Source of the DNA: Armatimonadota bacterium
GTDB taxonomy: Bacteria; Armatimonadota; Zipacnadia; Zipacnadales; UBA5352
DNA: 30,600 nucleotides
Direction of reading: 5' to 3'
Assembly: GCA_034722055.1 (NCBI GenBank)
Contig: JAYENL010000095.1
Span: forward strand, 1-30,600
The number at the start of each line of letters is the position of its first letter. Within the stretch, counting starts at the first letter, position 1. Shown here piece by piece: positions 30,560 to 30,600 of the stretch. Under the pieces are notes generated by a model that did not search any database, was not told the origin of the DNA, and worked only from the letters and a program-made list of their open reading frames with translations. A program made the translations under genes and the position numbers.

Positions 30560-30600
30560 AATCGTCCCTCCTGCTTGCTGGCGCAGGGGGGGACGTGATA
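30560..30600 (-). promoter_or_regulatory. Conserved structured 5' leader, copy D (truncated by window end)
   Basis: Identical to 29630-29670. Confidence 0.7.

Noticed and set aside
26796..30600. Diversity-generating retroelement, shufflon or integron as the explanation for the array
   Set aside because: No reverse transcriptase, recombinase or integrase in the window. No TR/VR pair differing at adenines, all genes co-oriented and complete, and no RYYYAAC…GTTRRRY attC boxes seen. Enzymes encoded elsewhere cannot be excluded.

Overview
High-GC bacterial window; the [23 protein letters not shown] prepilin proteins suggest Armatimonadota or a relative (inference). From left to right: (1) a repeat-rich non-coding stretch (1-560) and a URO-D-family gene; (2) on the minus strand, a cold-shock protein gene with a near-consensus promoter, plus an APC permease with two USP domains and a small membrane protein; (3) a cluster of GT-C glycosyltransferase, double zinc-ribbon protein, exosortase and EpsI; (4) a housekeeping run of PrsA-like foldase, mazG, S4 protein, ppdK, eno and a DivIC/FtsB-like gene; (5) a lipoprotein and a four-gene putative glycan-degradation operon; (6) a convergent tandem array of at least four DUF1559/H-X9-DG prepilin-like genes that runs off the window end. 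The most interesting signal is in that array. Three of the four genes carry the same ~125-nt structured non-coding leader (the third copy is truncated by the window end), which has a compensatory length change and mutually exclusive RBS-sequestering and RBS-freeing helices. Their 5' coding ends are nearly identical and mosaic, while their 3' domains are highly divergent. All calls come from reading motifs by eye; no searches or folding programs were run.
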